DNA from: Gekko japonicus
Lineage: Eukaryota
Length of the DNA stretch: 64,000 bases
Reading direction: 5' to 3'
NCBI RefSeq assembly: GCF_001447785.1
Contig: NW_015167098.1
Span: 310,980-374,979, forward strand
Under the pieces are notes generated by a model. That model saw only the letters and a list, made by a program, of their open reading frames with translations. It ran no database searches and was not told where the DNA came from. This document shows positions 1 through 13,066 of this stretch, one piece after another. Numbering within the stretch: the first letter of the stretch is position 1; every line of letters starts with the position of its first letter. Both the position numbers and the translations under genes were made by a program.

Positions 1-387
1 TTTTGGGCAGGAACGCACAGGAACGGAGTTCCGGCTGGCTCCCAAGTTGGCCACACCCAGCAGGAACTCATTAGCATAATAGGCCACACCCAACAGCAGA
101 AACTCATTAGGATTGGCTACTTTAGGGGTGTGTGGCCTAACATGCAAAGGAGTTCCTGCTACAAAAAAAGCCCTGGGTTTTGACAACAAACAAGGTCAAC
201 AGAAGAAGAAGCAAAAAGTGGGTGTGGCTGGATGACCACACTTCTGGTAACATGGGGGTGTGGCCTAATGGGCTAATGAGCTGTGCTGTCAGGGGTGTGG
301 CCTAATATGCTAATGAGTTTCTGGTGTTGGGTGTGGCCTATTATGCTAATGAGTTCCTGCTGGGCTTTTTCTACAAAAAGAGCCCTG
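1..387 (-). mobile_element. Non-autonomous hAT-like MITE, cut by the window start; inverted copy of the element at 37372-37741
   Basis: Closely matches the reverse complement of 37372-37741; ends in the terminal repeat ..AAAAAGAGCCCTG at 387; repeated internal GGCCACACCC and ATTAGCAT motifs. Confidence 0.85.
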
Positions 388-1239
388 CATGCAAGCAGAA
401 CTATCTAGGGTCTTTTGTGCGTTTGTTTTAATCTCATGGTTTTCTACCAGGTAAAGATGGGGAGGGTCTGTTGGCTACATATAATATCTGTCTGCAGTAA
501 CTGCTTTACCACAGGGGAAAAGTTCTTGAAACTTATTGTTGCTTTGTTAGCTACCTTGAGTCCTAGAGATGAACACTTTAAATGAGTAAATAGAATGAAA
601 GGAGATTTTTGCATGCCTAACAAGAAGTTCATTGCCATCCTGGTAGATTGGCTTCGTTATTTCATTGCCTTTTATCAGAACATGCTGAGAAACAGTCACC
701 AGGTGCAAAAGATGGCTGGAAGCAACAGGTGTAACATGACGATAGCAAGTCCCACACTAGCAATGAACTGCAAACATCAGTATGCACGTGTATATATACT
801 TTAGACACAAGCATGAGACCTCCAAGTCACCTTTGAGCTGTTCCTGTCTAGCTAAACCACATGTGTTGAGGTGGGGAGATAAGAACATGACCTTCTTGCC
901 CAGATTCATTTTTAAAGGTGTATTGTTTCATAAAACAATAATGAATGCCATTGTCAGTATACTATTAGACAAGCTTGGCAGTTTCAAAGTGGCAATTAAT
1001 TTTTTCCAAGTGATCATCCAGGGACTGAGTGGGGATAAAATCACAAATACATACAATAATCTAAATAAAAATTGAATTATGAAGTCACTTGATTGGCTAT
1101 GCATGTCTAATAAAAACCAAAGCTAAAAATTGTACGCATCTCCTCCCAAATGCTGGAAGGGATATTGTAATCGCCAATCTAATGTGAAACAAATAAACAA
1201 GGAAAAGTGCTAAAATCCACATCAGTGATTTGACATCAA

Positions 1240-2857
1240 AGGTTACAAATAAATGCAGTGATTTATACGAAGAAAATTATAAAGTGTTGTTAAAAATACG
1301 AAACAGGACTTGGAGAAGTGGAAAAATCTGCAATTGTCCTTGATGGGCAGGATGGCAGCAATAAAAATGAATATATTACCAAGATGGATGTTTTTATTTC
1401 AAACTATACCTATATTGCAGAATCAAGCGTTGTTTAGAGAATTGGATAAACTGATAACTAAGTTCATCTGGCAAGGAAAGAAGGCGAGAATAAGGTTAAA
1501 AATATTGCAGGATGTGAAAGGGCGAGGCGGATTTGGAGTCCCAAATTGGCTTCTATATTATAGAGCTGCGGAACTAGTTTGGATTAGAGAGTGGGTCACT
1601 CTTGAAGATATTGTTACAAATTGAAGGACATGATTTGTTACTTGGATGGAATGCATTTTTATGGTATGAGAAAGCAAATTCCCAAAAGTATTTTAACAGC
1701 ATTGGTTGAGAGCCTCTTTACTTAAAGTTTGGGACGGAATACATAAACATTTTTATACTAAAAGATCGAGACTAATAACACCATTAGAGGCCTTTACGTT
1801 GCCAAATGTTTATACAGGAGAAGAAATATTGAGGTATCAGGAAATTTTGGACAGTAAGGACAATCTTAAGCTACCAGAACATCTGTCCTGGTGGCAAAAA
1901 GTACAGCTGGAATCAATATATTTGAAGGACAAAAAAGTGGGATTTAATGGTAAAATAACCGAACTGGAAAATGTTATGTTAACAGCAGATAGCAAAATGA
2001 TAAAGAAAATATATAAAATTTTGTTGGATGATACAATGGTAGAAGAAATTGTGAAGAATAATATGATTGTATGGGCTCAGAATTTAGGGCATACTATAAA
2101 TCTTGAAGATTGGGGGCAGATTTGGGAGAAAAATATTAAAATGACTAATGCTATAACATATAAAGAGAATATGTATAAGATGTTTTATAGATGGTATGTT
2201 ACACCTGATAGACTGGCTAAGCAAAATATTAACTGTTCTGATAAATGTTGGAAATGTAAGAGTAAAAGGGGTACATTTTACCATATGTGGTGGCTATGCG
2301 ATGTTACTAAAAATTTTGGAAATGGGTCCATAGTTTGATGGAGAAGATACTAAGAGCAAGGATTCCATTTACTCCAGAGGTCTTGCTGTTGAATATATTT
2401 CCAAAGGATTATGAAAAAGAGAATAGGTATTTGACTGTTTATATGACGACAGCTGCAAGAATCTTATATGCCAAATATTGGAAAACCATGGTGATACCAA
2501 CGAAACAGGAGTTTGTGAATAAACTTTTTGAAACAGCAGAAAATGATAAACTGACTCTAGAAATGAGATTAAGTAAAGAGTGGACATTTCAAAAAACATG
2601 GAAAAAGTTTTATGATTGGTATAATGCAAATGTAACAGAAGACTAGGCAAGAATAGCGCAATGGACTTGAGAACACAGAAGATAGAAGAATGGAATGTAT
2701 TTGATATAGAGTTTTTATTAATTAAATAATTGCATATAAGCATATAATGTAACTGTACTCTTGGTATATATGTTATGTGTCTGTAGTGTGTAGATTTGTT
2801 TGTTGTAGATTAAAAAAAATTAATAAAAGTGTACCTATGGGTACTTAAAAAAAAAAG
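1240..2857 (+). mobile_element. 5'-truncated L1-clade LINE: frameshifted ORF2 C-terminal part, 3'UTR and poly(A)
   Basis: ORFs 1310-1624, 1706-2338 and 2335-2646 read as consecutive L1 ORF2 pieces (LSLMGRMAAIKMNILPR..FQTIP, FIWQGKKARI, GGFGVPNW..YY.A, zinc knuckle CWKC..GTFYHMWWLC); AATAAA near 2822 and an A-tail near 2847-2857. Confidence 0.93.
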
Positions 2858-2899
2858 TTTGGACTCCATTGCTAGATCACAACTTTAAGAACCAAGGTG

Positions 2900-3350
2900 G
2901 GTAAAAACAGTTTAAAACAAATTGTAAAACACAAATTAAAGCAACAGGTATTAAAAACAATTTGAAAACACTGTATGACACCACTGCAAGGAAGGAGACA
3001 CACTTTATCTCTTTCAAGGGGCAGTTCCAGAAACATGGGGCAGCCACTGAAAACTTTCAAGCAAAGACTGATGCTAAATGTGCCTTAGGCTAGGAGGGAA
3101 CTGACAACAGATCTTGCAGGGAAGAGCAAAGCTAACACATGGGAATGTGCAGTAGGAAAGTGGTTCTTCAAGTATGTGGGCTCCAGGTCATGAAGGGTTT
3201 TAAAGGTGAGTACCACCACCCTGAATTGGACCCAGAAACTAACAGGCAGCTAATGAAGGACTTCAGAATTGGAGTGACATGGTGCTGTCAGCTAGCCCCA
3301 GCTAACAAATGCGCTACTACATTTTGCACCATCTGACGTTTCCAAATTGT
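2900..3350 (-). mobile_element. Decayed L2-like LINE 3' fragment
   Basis: Resembles the antisense 3' end of squamate L2 (..ccctgaattggacccagaaactaacaggcagc..); boundaries approximate. Confidence 0.55.
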
Positions 3351-6149
3351 CTCTACTTGTATCCTTAAGATGTTGTTAGATAAGTGATCACTGCCTCTTG
3401 GCAAGGAAAGGTTATGGGACTGTTAGATACTGTAAAAGTTACTACTAGGAAAATAGCATTCTAGATATCAATGCTAATAAATTACTAAATAATAAAGTCT
3501 TATACTACATACTGTTTTAACAGAAATCAGGTAATCCCCAAAGATAACATGTTGTCTTGAGGAAGAACAAGGGCTAATTTGATCAGAAGAGGCCCTCATG
3601 TATGTCATTGCCAGAAAAAGTCTAATGAGTTAAACTGAGGTAAATAAAGTGCCATTTCAAAGCAAATATGCTTTCCAGGCACAGGATCTTCATTAGACCT
3701 TTCCACAATAGATTAGTGTGAATGCTGCATCTTTATGCAGGTGGCATAAGAGTTTCCTGAAGTCCTGTATCACCATTACAATGAATTTAACAGTTGAGCT
3801 AGATCAGGATTAGATTAATGGTCCATTTTGTGTATCATTCTGTTTCCAACAGAGGCCAGGCAGATCCCTCTAAGAAGCCAACAAGCAGGGCACAAATACA
3901 AAAAAGGTCCTCAGCTCCTGATATTCAGAAGTATGCTGCCTCGGAACATGCAGGTCCATTTAGTTATCATGGCTAATACCACTGAACAACCAATCTTCAT
4001 GAATTTGTCTAAACATTTGAATTTATCTAACTACATATTTTATAAAATAGTATTTCCTCCTGGAGAGTTCATTTGTCTGGTTAAGTGCACTATATTTTTT
4101 ATAGTCATCTATCAGTGTAGCTGTTCAGTGCCCATTGGTTCAAAATCCCACATATTTCAAGTACCCTAGTTTTGGAAGAAGTCAGCCTACAAGCTTCATG
4201 CAACACAATCCCCCCCCCCACACACACACACATATCCATGCTAGGTGGTCACCGGACTGTTTACCCAGGATAATATGTTCGTTCTTCTATTATTTGGGGA
4301 GCACTTTTCCATACCAAGAATATTCTAAGGATTCTTGCCAAGAAGTTTGCTAGTGTCTAAAAATATGAAGACTGGGGTGGGGGTTCAAGCTCCTCTCCCA
4401 GACATTTTTCAAGAAAAGGGTTTACTCACTCAAAATGGATAGTACAAATATTTTTATGTAAGAGAATCTACAACATTAGAAAATTTTAATTAATCTGTAT
4501 ACTGTGGGCATATTCAACACTCAAATCCAAGATGCATTTCTGTATCTAGAGGGTGCTGCCATGTGTATGAGATAGAGGTTCTCTTACTTGTGGTGACCTT
4601 TAAGATTACAATATATGCCACCAAAATCAGAATGACAGGGCTTGTAGGAGTCTGTGGTCTGCGGCAGGAACAGAGAATCAGCAAAAATCTCTCACACACC
4701 CTGTTCATGGAATCCTCTGTGGGATTCAACCATTTGATTAACAGCTTAGGCAAGCTGAAATTATGTACCAGGACATTCAGGAGAACCTCTTCTTTTTATT
4801 TTTATGGAACATCCCTGAGGTCTCACAGTAACTTCACAGCTGGAGCTGTATTAAATCACAACTGGAAAACTCGCAGTATCGCTATAATGAAGCTAAACTT
4901 TGAAATCCTTGGCAGTTGAAATTTGCTGTAATAAATCCTCTAAATGAAGTCTGCTTTGGGTGAGCAAGCCTAAGTCTTCAGTCTTCTAGGTTCAGGAGAA
5001 CACTGAAACTGAGGACAGCAAGGGTGATGAGGGTAAAACCACCACCACTGCCTGCTTCCCCCATTTGGTTTGGACAGAATGGCACACTAAAATGAAATGC
5101 CTGACACAAGTGCGAATTTCATTTTAAACCCAGGCTTGATTTTGGATATAAAGTTAATGTGGTTAGCTGTCTGCTGATACAGATAACGCACCTTAAGCCT
5201 CCAGTGACTGTCAGAGATCAACTGGATAGGATAGGGAAAAAACACCTGAGTCTCAGTCTAAGCAGAGACAGTGATGTTAATGGCAGGAGGTCTGATTTTG
5301 TTGTTGTTGGTTCACTGAATAGCCCAGATGCACTGTCTTGTGCTGCTTCCAGATCCAGCAGCACTTCTGCAAACCCAGTAGCAACCATGACAATTTGTTG
5401 TCTTTTATCACCTTTGATCAATATATCAGCTGTGGCTACTGCTACAGAAGAATGACCTATTTTCTGCTACTGTAATGTATTCTACATAGAGGCTGACTTT
5501 GAGTAGCATTCAAAAGCTGTTTCAGAACATGGCCTGCATTTATTGACAGGTGTCAGTAAATTGCACCAGTGTACTAAGTGCCATACCATCTTCCAATTCA
5601 AGGTTTAAAAGTTTAAAAAAACATAATCCAGGTTACTTCAAGGATTCCTGTTTATGATATGAGGCCCCCCAATACCCTTAAACCCACAGTAGTGGCACTC
5701 TTACTATGGAATGCCCCTCCCAAAATGTGTTTAGTTGAACAATGCCCTGGACTTTTGGAAAGTACAAGTGGGGGCCCCCAATACTCGTGTGTGGGGGAAT
5801 CCCATCTCCTCCACAGACTTTCTCACAGGGCCCAGTGCAGCTCCCGGGCTCCCCTGCAGTCGCTGGACTCATCGCCTCCCCCAGCTGCTCTCGGCAGCTT
5901 GCCGGAGCGGCCATGGGTGGGCTCCCTGCGGCTTCATCTCCCCCCCCCCGCTGCTCTCAGAAGCTGGTCCGGAACTGCTCCAGGCAGGCCCACTGAGACT
6001 TTTTTCCCCACATCCCCATAGCATTGTCTGCGAGCCAATCCAAGCCCTGAGTGGCTCCCAGTGTCTACCCCCTTACCTACCCCTCCCTTGCCAGCTCTCC
6101 CAGAACAGCTCCGGGCAGACCAGCCAAGCTTTACCCCCCCACACACACC

Positions 6150-6400
6150 AGCCAGTTTGGTGTAGTGATTAAGAATGGCAGACTCTCATCTGGAGAACTG
6201 GAGTTGATTCCCCACTCCTCCACATGCAGCCAGCTGGGTAACCTTGGGTCAGTTACAGTTCTCACACAGCAGTTCTCAGTCAGAGCTCTCTCATTCTCAC
6301 CTACCTCACAGGATGTCTGTTGTAGGGAGAGGAAGGGAAGGAGATTGTAAGCCACTGTGAGACTCCAAGTGAAGGGTGGGGTATAAATACAAACCTCCTC
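6150..6400 (+). mobile_element. tRNA-derived Squam3-like SINE
   Basis: Head gccagtttggtgtagtgattaag (A-box), B-box-like gttgattccc, body cctacctcacagg..tgttgt, tail gggtggggtataaat; homologous to 57390-57670. Confidence 0.85.
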
Positions 6401-6479
6401 CTTCCAATGGCTCACACCCGGAGCTACTTTGTGCAAGCCATCCAACCTTCCCTCCCTTGCTAGCTTGCCCCAGGCTGGC

Positions 6480-6625
6480 CTACCAAGGCTTTCAGGGACT
6501 TGTCTGGTGCAGCTCCAGGCTTCTATGCCCTGTTGTTGGCCATCAAATTGGTTGGACACTGTGTGAGGCAGGATGCTGGACTAGATGGACTACTGCTCTG
6601 ATGCAGCAGGGTCTTATGTTCTTAG
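6480..6625 (+). mobile_element. CR1 3' terminal fragment
   Basis: ggatgctggactagatggac..tcttatgttctta tail, matching the reverse complement of the CR1 end at 18493. Confidence 0.7.
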
Positions 6626-6995
6626 GTGGTGTACTACTATTTCAACGCCTTCTACTGGTCTTTTTAGCCAGGAAACTATATAGCACTCCTTCAGTCCATG
6701 TAAAACAAAGTTTAAGTATGACCATGACTCAACTTGCTATTTCTCTAGGAAAGGAGCAGCAGCAATATATAGCCACAATGAGGACGCTGCTAGTCATGCC
6801 TCAAAATTTTGAAACCATGGGGAAAAATACTTTTCCTCAAAAGGAAAAACAAAAACAAAAATTGAGAAGAACTGAAATATGCAATACTTTATCTCCATAC
6901 ATTTGCTTTACTGCTTGACTAGTACAGCATGTTGCCAGCAAAACTATTTACCTTGATGAGAGATGCAGGTTACATACCTGACAAAATTTGAAAGG

Positions 6996-7213
6996 TGTTT
7001 GTTTATACTCTGCCTTTCTCTCCAATGGGTACCTAAAGTGGCATACATTTGTTCTCCCCTCCTTGACTCTATCCTCACAAACAACCCTGTGAAGTAGGTT
7101 AGGCTGAGAGACTGGGACTGGAGAAAGATCACCCAGCAACATCTATGTCAGAGTGGGGATTTGAACCTAGGTCTCCCAGCTCTAGTATAAGACTTTAACT
7201 GCTACACTACACT
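6996..7213 (-). mobile_element. Older Squam3/MIR-like tRNA SINE
   Basis: Antisense core tcctcacaaacaaccctgtgaagtagg and B-box ggggatttgaacc. Confidence 0.75.
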
Positions 7214-9186
7214 AAGAGCATGGACAGTTAGTGCCCCTACAGAACACTTTAAATAACAACAAACGGATGCTGAATCCTTGTAAGATGTGGGTGATGCTGG
7301 CTGGAATGGCTTCTGATTAAATGGGATTGCTCCGTCTACGATAATTTATAACTTATTTCGAATACAGAGTAGGATCACAGTGATCATTCTCATTAACAGA
7401 AGAGAAAAGCAATTTTTGACAGCCCCTACACACCTCCAATTTGTCCCTTGTGTTGGTCCCTAGGGGTCCCCTGTCTCCCAGAAGTAGTATTTTGGGGGGA
7501 ATCAATGGGTTGTAGCAGAAAGGGAGGCAGGATAGCTCATTTCACTAGTGCAAGTGCCTCCCATTAGTAGAAACGATAATATTTGGCATATTTATTATAT
7601 TCAAAGGTGAAAAATTGTCTTCCATTTTCTACAACCAAAGATGAAAATACAGGCAATGTACACACAAAGGAGAAATAAAAGTTGAAAAAAAATAAAAATG
7701 TTATCTGGATAGAAACAGACTCATGCAGCTGCAATAGGACTAACAGCATATATGGATCTAAAGTTAACAGTGAAAGCACCATCTCTTCAGCAGTTATATG
7801 TATTGTCATACACATCATAGCATGTTAACTACTGACCACATTAGTCACATTTAAATAACATGCCCTCGTAAATATGTTGTATACAATTTCCTAATGCCAT
7901 ACACTGTCTTACATAAGAGTGAGACTTGTGTTGAAAACCATTTCACTCATTCCAAGACATTTTTCCCCCCACTGTGGTCTTCCCCCACTCCCAAACCTTT
8001 CCAGGCCTTCACACCTCTACTTATGCCCAAAGATTCCAGAACACAGCACAACTCTTGTTTAAGTAAACAGTGGTAGGTAAACATACATATTGATTGCTTA
8101 TAACTTTTGCAAGTATCAAAAGTATTGCAGAAATGATTAACCAAAAAAAGTCAGTCAAGGGAATATCTAACAGACAGCTGAAGAATCCCTTCAGAGTGGG
8201 GATGGGTAGAATGTCACATTTATTGTTTACGTTCTCAGGAAAAGGAAGGAGGCGTGGCCAAAATGCAGTGCTCACTCTTGCTTTGTCTCTGTCATGTGAC
8301 CAAGACAAAATGCAATCACAACAGCACCATACTCCTTTCTCACAGCAGCACTAGAAGGGCAGGCAGTAGATCAAGAGTGGCATACAGACTATGCTGCAGT
8401 CCACAGCCACCTGAAGGCAACAGATCAGAAAAGGGTTGTATATTTTTTATGAGACTGAATGGCTTTGTAACCCCCCAAGCTATCTCCCATTAAGGGCTTA
8501 ACCTAAGAGGGCAGAGGTTTACTTTGATAGCAGATATTGCATTCTTTCTAAAATAATAATATCCTGTTAGTGTTTCAATTATCCAAATACTGCTGGTAAT
8601 AAAAGAATTCAATAGGTAAATAAAGTAGTGGCACAGAGGTTTCTGCACATATGTTATTTTATTTTAGCTGGGTATGGGTGGTTAAGATTTGAGGACAAAC
8701 ATTTTAATAGCTGTAAAGTCTTAAATTTATAGCACAGAGCCCTTGACAAGATGTGAATAGCAAATAGATATGGAAACCAAAACTGTGCAATCACAAGATG
8801 TGTATGAATCCAGCTAGTACCAACATATAAGGGAGTTCCACACTTCAGCTTATCCCACACTTCTTCTAAAGCTGCTACTTTCTCAGTTGCTATCATAAAT
8901 ACCCACAAACTTCAGATGTATCTTTGAACATGGAACACGGAAACAAAGACAAAGGCCCTGGTGTATCTGTATCTCTCTAAATGTCTGTGGCCTCATTTCA
9001 AAACACAGAGCTTTAAAAACAGTTTCCTGGTTTTTGAGATCTAGCATTTTCATTGACACATCTCCACTTTCTGTTGCAACCATGAGGGCTAGAAACATAC
9101 ACTGCCAAACCGGCCAATCTAAACCAATGAGATCCAACTCACTGGATGACTCTGGGCCAATCACTATATCTCAGCATTGTTGACAG

Positions 9187-9391
9187 CAGTGTTCCCTCTA
9201 AGCTGAGTTAGTGTGAGCTAGCTCACAGTTTTTTAGCCTCCGGCTCACACATTTTTGTCTTGGCTCAGGAGGATGGCTCCAGAGCAAACTAACTTATGCA
9301 GTAGCCAAAGAACTCACTCACAACTTTAATGGCAGTAACTCACAAAGTAGAATTTTTGCTCACAAGACTCCACAGCTTAGAGGGAGCATTG
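9187..9391. mobile_element. hAT MITE (205 bp)
   Basis: Terminal inverted repeats CAGTGTTCCCTCTAAGCTG / CAGCTTAGAGGGAGCATTG; 8-bp target duplication gttgacag (9179-9186) / attgacag (9392-9399). Confidence 0.9.
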
Positions 9392-9784
9392 ATTGACAGG
9401 ATAATACCTAAACCAAGAAGATAAGTGTTACCACTGGCTTCAGCTTTCAAGCTGCAACTGGTAGCTTCCATGACCCCTAAAAAGAAGTAACCTTCAAAAA
9501 CCTAAAGTCTGCCGAATCCTATTTTAGAGAGATTACTAGTGAATTAACATATGGCATTCATGTATAGGTAATATATTACCACATACATGATGTACAAAAG
9601 CCCATGGCACTGAACAACCGAATTTTGACAGCTTGGTGGTTTGAACTGCCTCAATTGGGGACCATTTTAATCACCAACTTAAACCAAGATTCCATTAAGT
9701 AGGAACTGAAGGTTACTTCTGCTCACTCCACACTGAATATCTATTCCCCCCCCTCACACACAGGCCATTATAAAAGCGTATCAT

Positions 9785-10121
9785 TAGGGTTGCCAAGTCC
9801 TATCTTTACCCCCAGCGGGGGACTTTGGGAGACGTTCCTGGAGGTGGCGGGGCATCCCCGACGTGATGACGTTGTGTTGGGGACGCCGCCCCCCCGCCCA
9901 TCCGATCTTCCAGCTGTGCCGGCTTCCTGCACTTAAAGGAGCTGGCGTGTCCCCCCCTGCGTGCGCGCCCCTCTCCCTCCTCTCAAGAGAGAAGGGAGAG
10001 GGGTGGCTGCAGGTTTTGGGGCTTGGGGGCAGGGCTTCCCCGGCGGCGAACTGACCGGCAGCGGGTAGAAGTCTCCAAAAAGCGGGGGACCCCTGCCAAA
10101 CCGGGGAGTTTGGCAACCCTA
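9785..10121. mobile_element. GC/CpG-rich hAT MITE of the TAGGGTTGCCA family
   Basis: TIRs TAGGGTTGCCAA / TTGGCAACCCTA; 8-bp TSD cgtatcat (9777-9784) / catatcat (10122-10129). Confidence 0.9.
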
Positions 10122-10424
10122 CATATCATACTGCAAAGGGGAACCTAACACCGGTGAGTTGGCTAATGGGCTTGAGGCACAAAAGTCTCATTTGAATGTA
10201 TGCCCAAGATCCGTGTATCATATGTGTGTGTATAAATCTATATTTGCATAAAGTTGGCTTTTCTTGAGTGATATTTTGTAGTGTATTTTTACACATTTAA
10301 CTGACATGAGCCTGTTCACCATCTCATATCCTCTTGAGGCCTTCTTCTAGTTCAGCTCTTCCCCTTCATGTTGTCTGTTCAGTCATAAAAAGCCCTCTCC
10401 AAGGAGATGAAGAGAGGCCCTATG

Positions 10425-11190
10425 CAGGGGTGGCCAAACTGCGGCTTGGGAGCCACATGTGGGTCTTTCACGCATATTGTGCTACTCCTGCAGGGCGGCT
10501 AGGAAAGCAAAGGGGAGGCATGCCTCCCCGATCAGACTTTCCTTACCCAGCCAGTGTTCCCCTCCCTGGGTAGAATGGAGATGGGGGAGTAGCAGAGAAA
10601 AAAAGCAACTTTAACTTTAAATGCATTCTCAAAGACCCCCCACCGGCCAGCTTGGAGAAGGCATTTGTCTCTTTAAATCCCTTCTCCAAGCCAGCTGGCA
10701 TTGGAGGCAGGGAGGGCTTGGAGGATGCATTTAAAGTTAAAGTTGCTTTCTTTCTACCTCTCCCCCCCACACACATCTATTTGCTTTCTTTTCAATTTCT
10801 TTCTTTTTTTCTTCTTTCTCTCTCTCTCTCTCCTCCTCTGAAGTTAAGGCAGTTCTCCAAGTCCTGACCCACTGGCTGACTGGCTTGGCTCAGAGAAGGC
10901 ATTTGTCTCTTTAAATCCCTTCTCCAGGCCAAGCCGGTACAGCAGCAGGGGACTTGGAGGACACATTTAAAATTAAAGGTGTTCTCCAAGCCCCTGCCTG
11001 CCAATTTGGAGAAGGCATTTGTCTCTTTAAATCCCTTCTCCGAGCCAAGCTGGGTGAAGTGTGGGCATGGGGGGGGGGGGTTTGGAGAACACATTTAAAG
11101 TTGAAGTTGTTTTCTTCCCACCTCTCCCTTCCTCCCCCCCTCCCCATTTATTTGCTTTCTTTCCACCTCTCTCTCTCTTTTCCCATTTGA
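10425..11190 (+). mobile_element. hAT MITE of the CAGGGGTGGCCAAACT family, right end missing
   Basis: Same left TIR and internal palindromic units as 11895-13066; no right TIR found. Confidence 0.8.
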
Positions 11191-11275
11191 ATTTACTTCT
11201 AAACAATCATATGTAAGCCCGGGCTGTTAAATATCTAGAACTTTACAGGAACATAATTATAATTTACTAGATGAA

Positions 11276-11313
11276 ATACTGTGACTCCATGAGATACTGT
11301 GACTCCATGAGAT
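11276..11313. repeat. 18-bp tandem duplication
   Basis: atactgtgactccatgag occurs twice in tandem. Confidence 0.85.
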
Positions 11314-11894
11314 AAAATAAGTCACTACACTGTTTAAGTCTCAAATATTTATAATTTTGAGAACTGATCAGCACTGAACATCTCAGAACACACCATCATC
11401 TATAGTGGCTCAGTGAATGGTCGTGATGATATACAAGACAGCACATCCAAAATTTTAGTGCCTGTGACAGCATGCTAGTTCTTAAGGCCAGCAGGAAACC
11501 TACAATAGTACATGACTTAATGCAACATTAATCTCAAATGTCAGATACTTTCCCCCATGGTGCTCTTTTACTTAGAAGATCATGAACATCCAAAGGTTGG
11601 CTGAGTCTTCAGAAATTATAGAGTACAGGCTTTAACATATTTGTTTTAAATTCATACTGGAGTATTTTTGAGGAAAAACTCACTATAACTGAGTTTAAGA
11701 GTTAAAAAAAAACCAAATGGAAAGTCCATTTTAAATCAATTCAGTTCTTCCTGTTGCAGTCTCATGCTACCTATTTATCCTGTTGAACATGAGCTACATA
11801 ATTTTACCTTGCATGCAGGAAACACTGAAAACCCTACTATGGATTAAGCAATTTATGTGAAGTAATCTACAAGGAAGTCAAGTATGGTATAGGG

Positions 11895-13066
11895 CAGGGG
11901 TGGCCAAACTGTGGCTCAGGAGTCGCAGGCTGCTCTTTCACACATATTGTGCAGCTCCCGGCAGGGCAGCTGGGCAAGCAAAGGGGAGGCATGCCTCTTT
12001 GATTGGTCTTCCCTTCTCCAGCCAGTGTTTCCCTCCCTGGGTAGGCTGGAGATGGGGGAGGAGCAGAGAAAGAAAGCAACTTTAACTTTAAATGTATTCT
12101 CAAAGACCCCCCACTGGCTAGCTTGGAGAAGGCATTTGTCTCTTTAAATCCCTTCTCTAAGCCGAAACAGCCGGTGCGGGGCGGTGGTGGAGGGTGGGTT
12201 TGGAGGACACATTTCTTACCACCTCCCCCCCCCCATCAATGTCTTTTCTTTCCACTTTCTTTCTCCCCTCCCTCCCAATCTAAAGTTAAATGTGTTCTCC
12301 AAGCCCTGTTCTACTGGCTGACGGGCTTGGCTCAGAGAAGGCATTTGTCTCTTTAAATCCCTTCTCCAAGCCAAACTGACATGGCAGTGGGGGCAGGGGT
12401 CTTGGAGAACACATTTAAAGTTAAAGGCATTCTCCAAGCCCCTACCCCGCAGCTCCGCCAGCCAGCTTGGAGAAGGCATTTGTCTTGTTAAATCCATTCT
12501 CCAAGCCAAGCTGGCTGATGTGAGGGTGGTGGTGGTGGTTTGGAGAACACATCTAAAGTTAAAGGGGCTTTCTTTCCACCCCTCCCTCCCCCCATTTATT
12601 AGCTTTCTTTCCACTTCTCTCTCTCTTTCCCCCTTCCTCCCTCCCCATGCATTTTCTTTCTTTCCATCTCTTTCTTTCTTTTCATCTTTCTTTCTCTCTT
12701 TCTCCCCTCCTTTCTTTCTCTCGTTCTCTCTTCCTTCCTCCCTCCCCCTCCCTCATCTATTTGCTATCTTTGTTTTCTCTCTCTCTCTTTCTACCTCTTT
12801 CATGCTTTCTTTCCACCTCTCTCTCTTAAGACAAATAATCATCATTAGCAAACAAATAACTTTCATTGGACAAATACATATCATTATCAATATCTGTTTT
12901 ACTCCTTTTGTTTTTATTTTGGCAGTTTCATTTAATGTTAATAAAAAGCAAATTTGCATATTTCTTCAATAAAAAAGTATGTGCAATATTTGTTTGTCTT
13001 GCAGCTCTCAAACATCTGATGTTTATTCTGTGTGGCTTTTACGTTAAGCAAGTTCGGCCACCCCTG
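11895..13066 (+). mobile_element. Full-length hAT MITE inserted into the head of a Squam3-like SINE
   Basis: TIRs CAGGGGTGGCCAAACT / AGTTCGGCCACCCCTG; TSD gtataggg (11887-11894) / gtatagtg (13067-13074); CT-rich tract at about 12570-12830. Confidence 0.9.

Noticed and set aside
1310-2646. Host protein-coding gene from the three long ORFs
   Set aside because: They are frameshifted pieces of L1 ORF2.
5159-5455. Overlapping ORFs on both strands that look exon-like
   Set aside because: No recognisable protein, weak splice signals, and no resemblance to the Gln/Pro/His/Met-rich CHD7 N-terminus.
10640-12560. CRISPR array (palindromic repeats with variable spacers)
   Set aside because: Vertebrate DNA, no cas genes, low-complexity linkers of irregular length, and the repeats lie within TIR-bearing MITEs.
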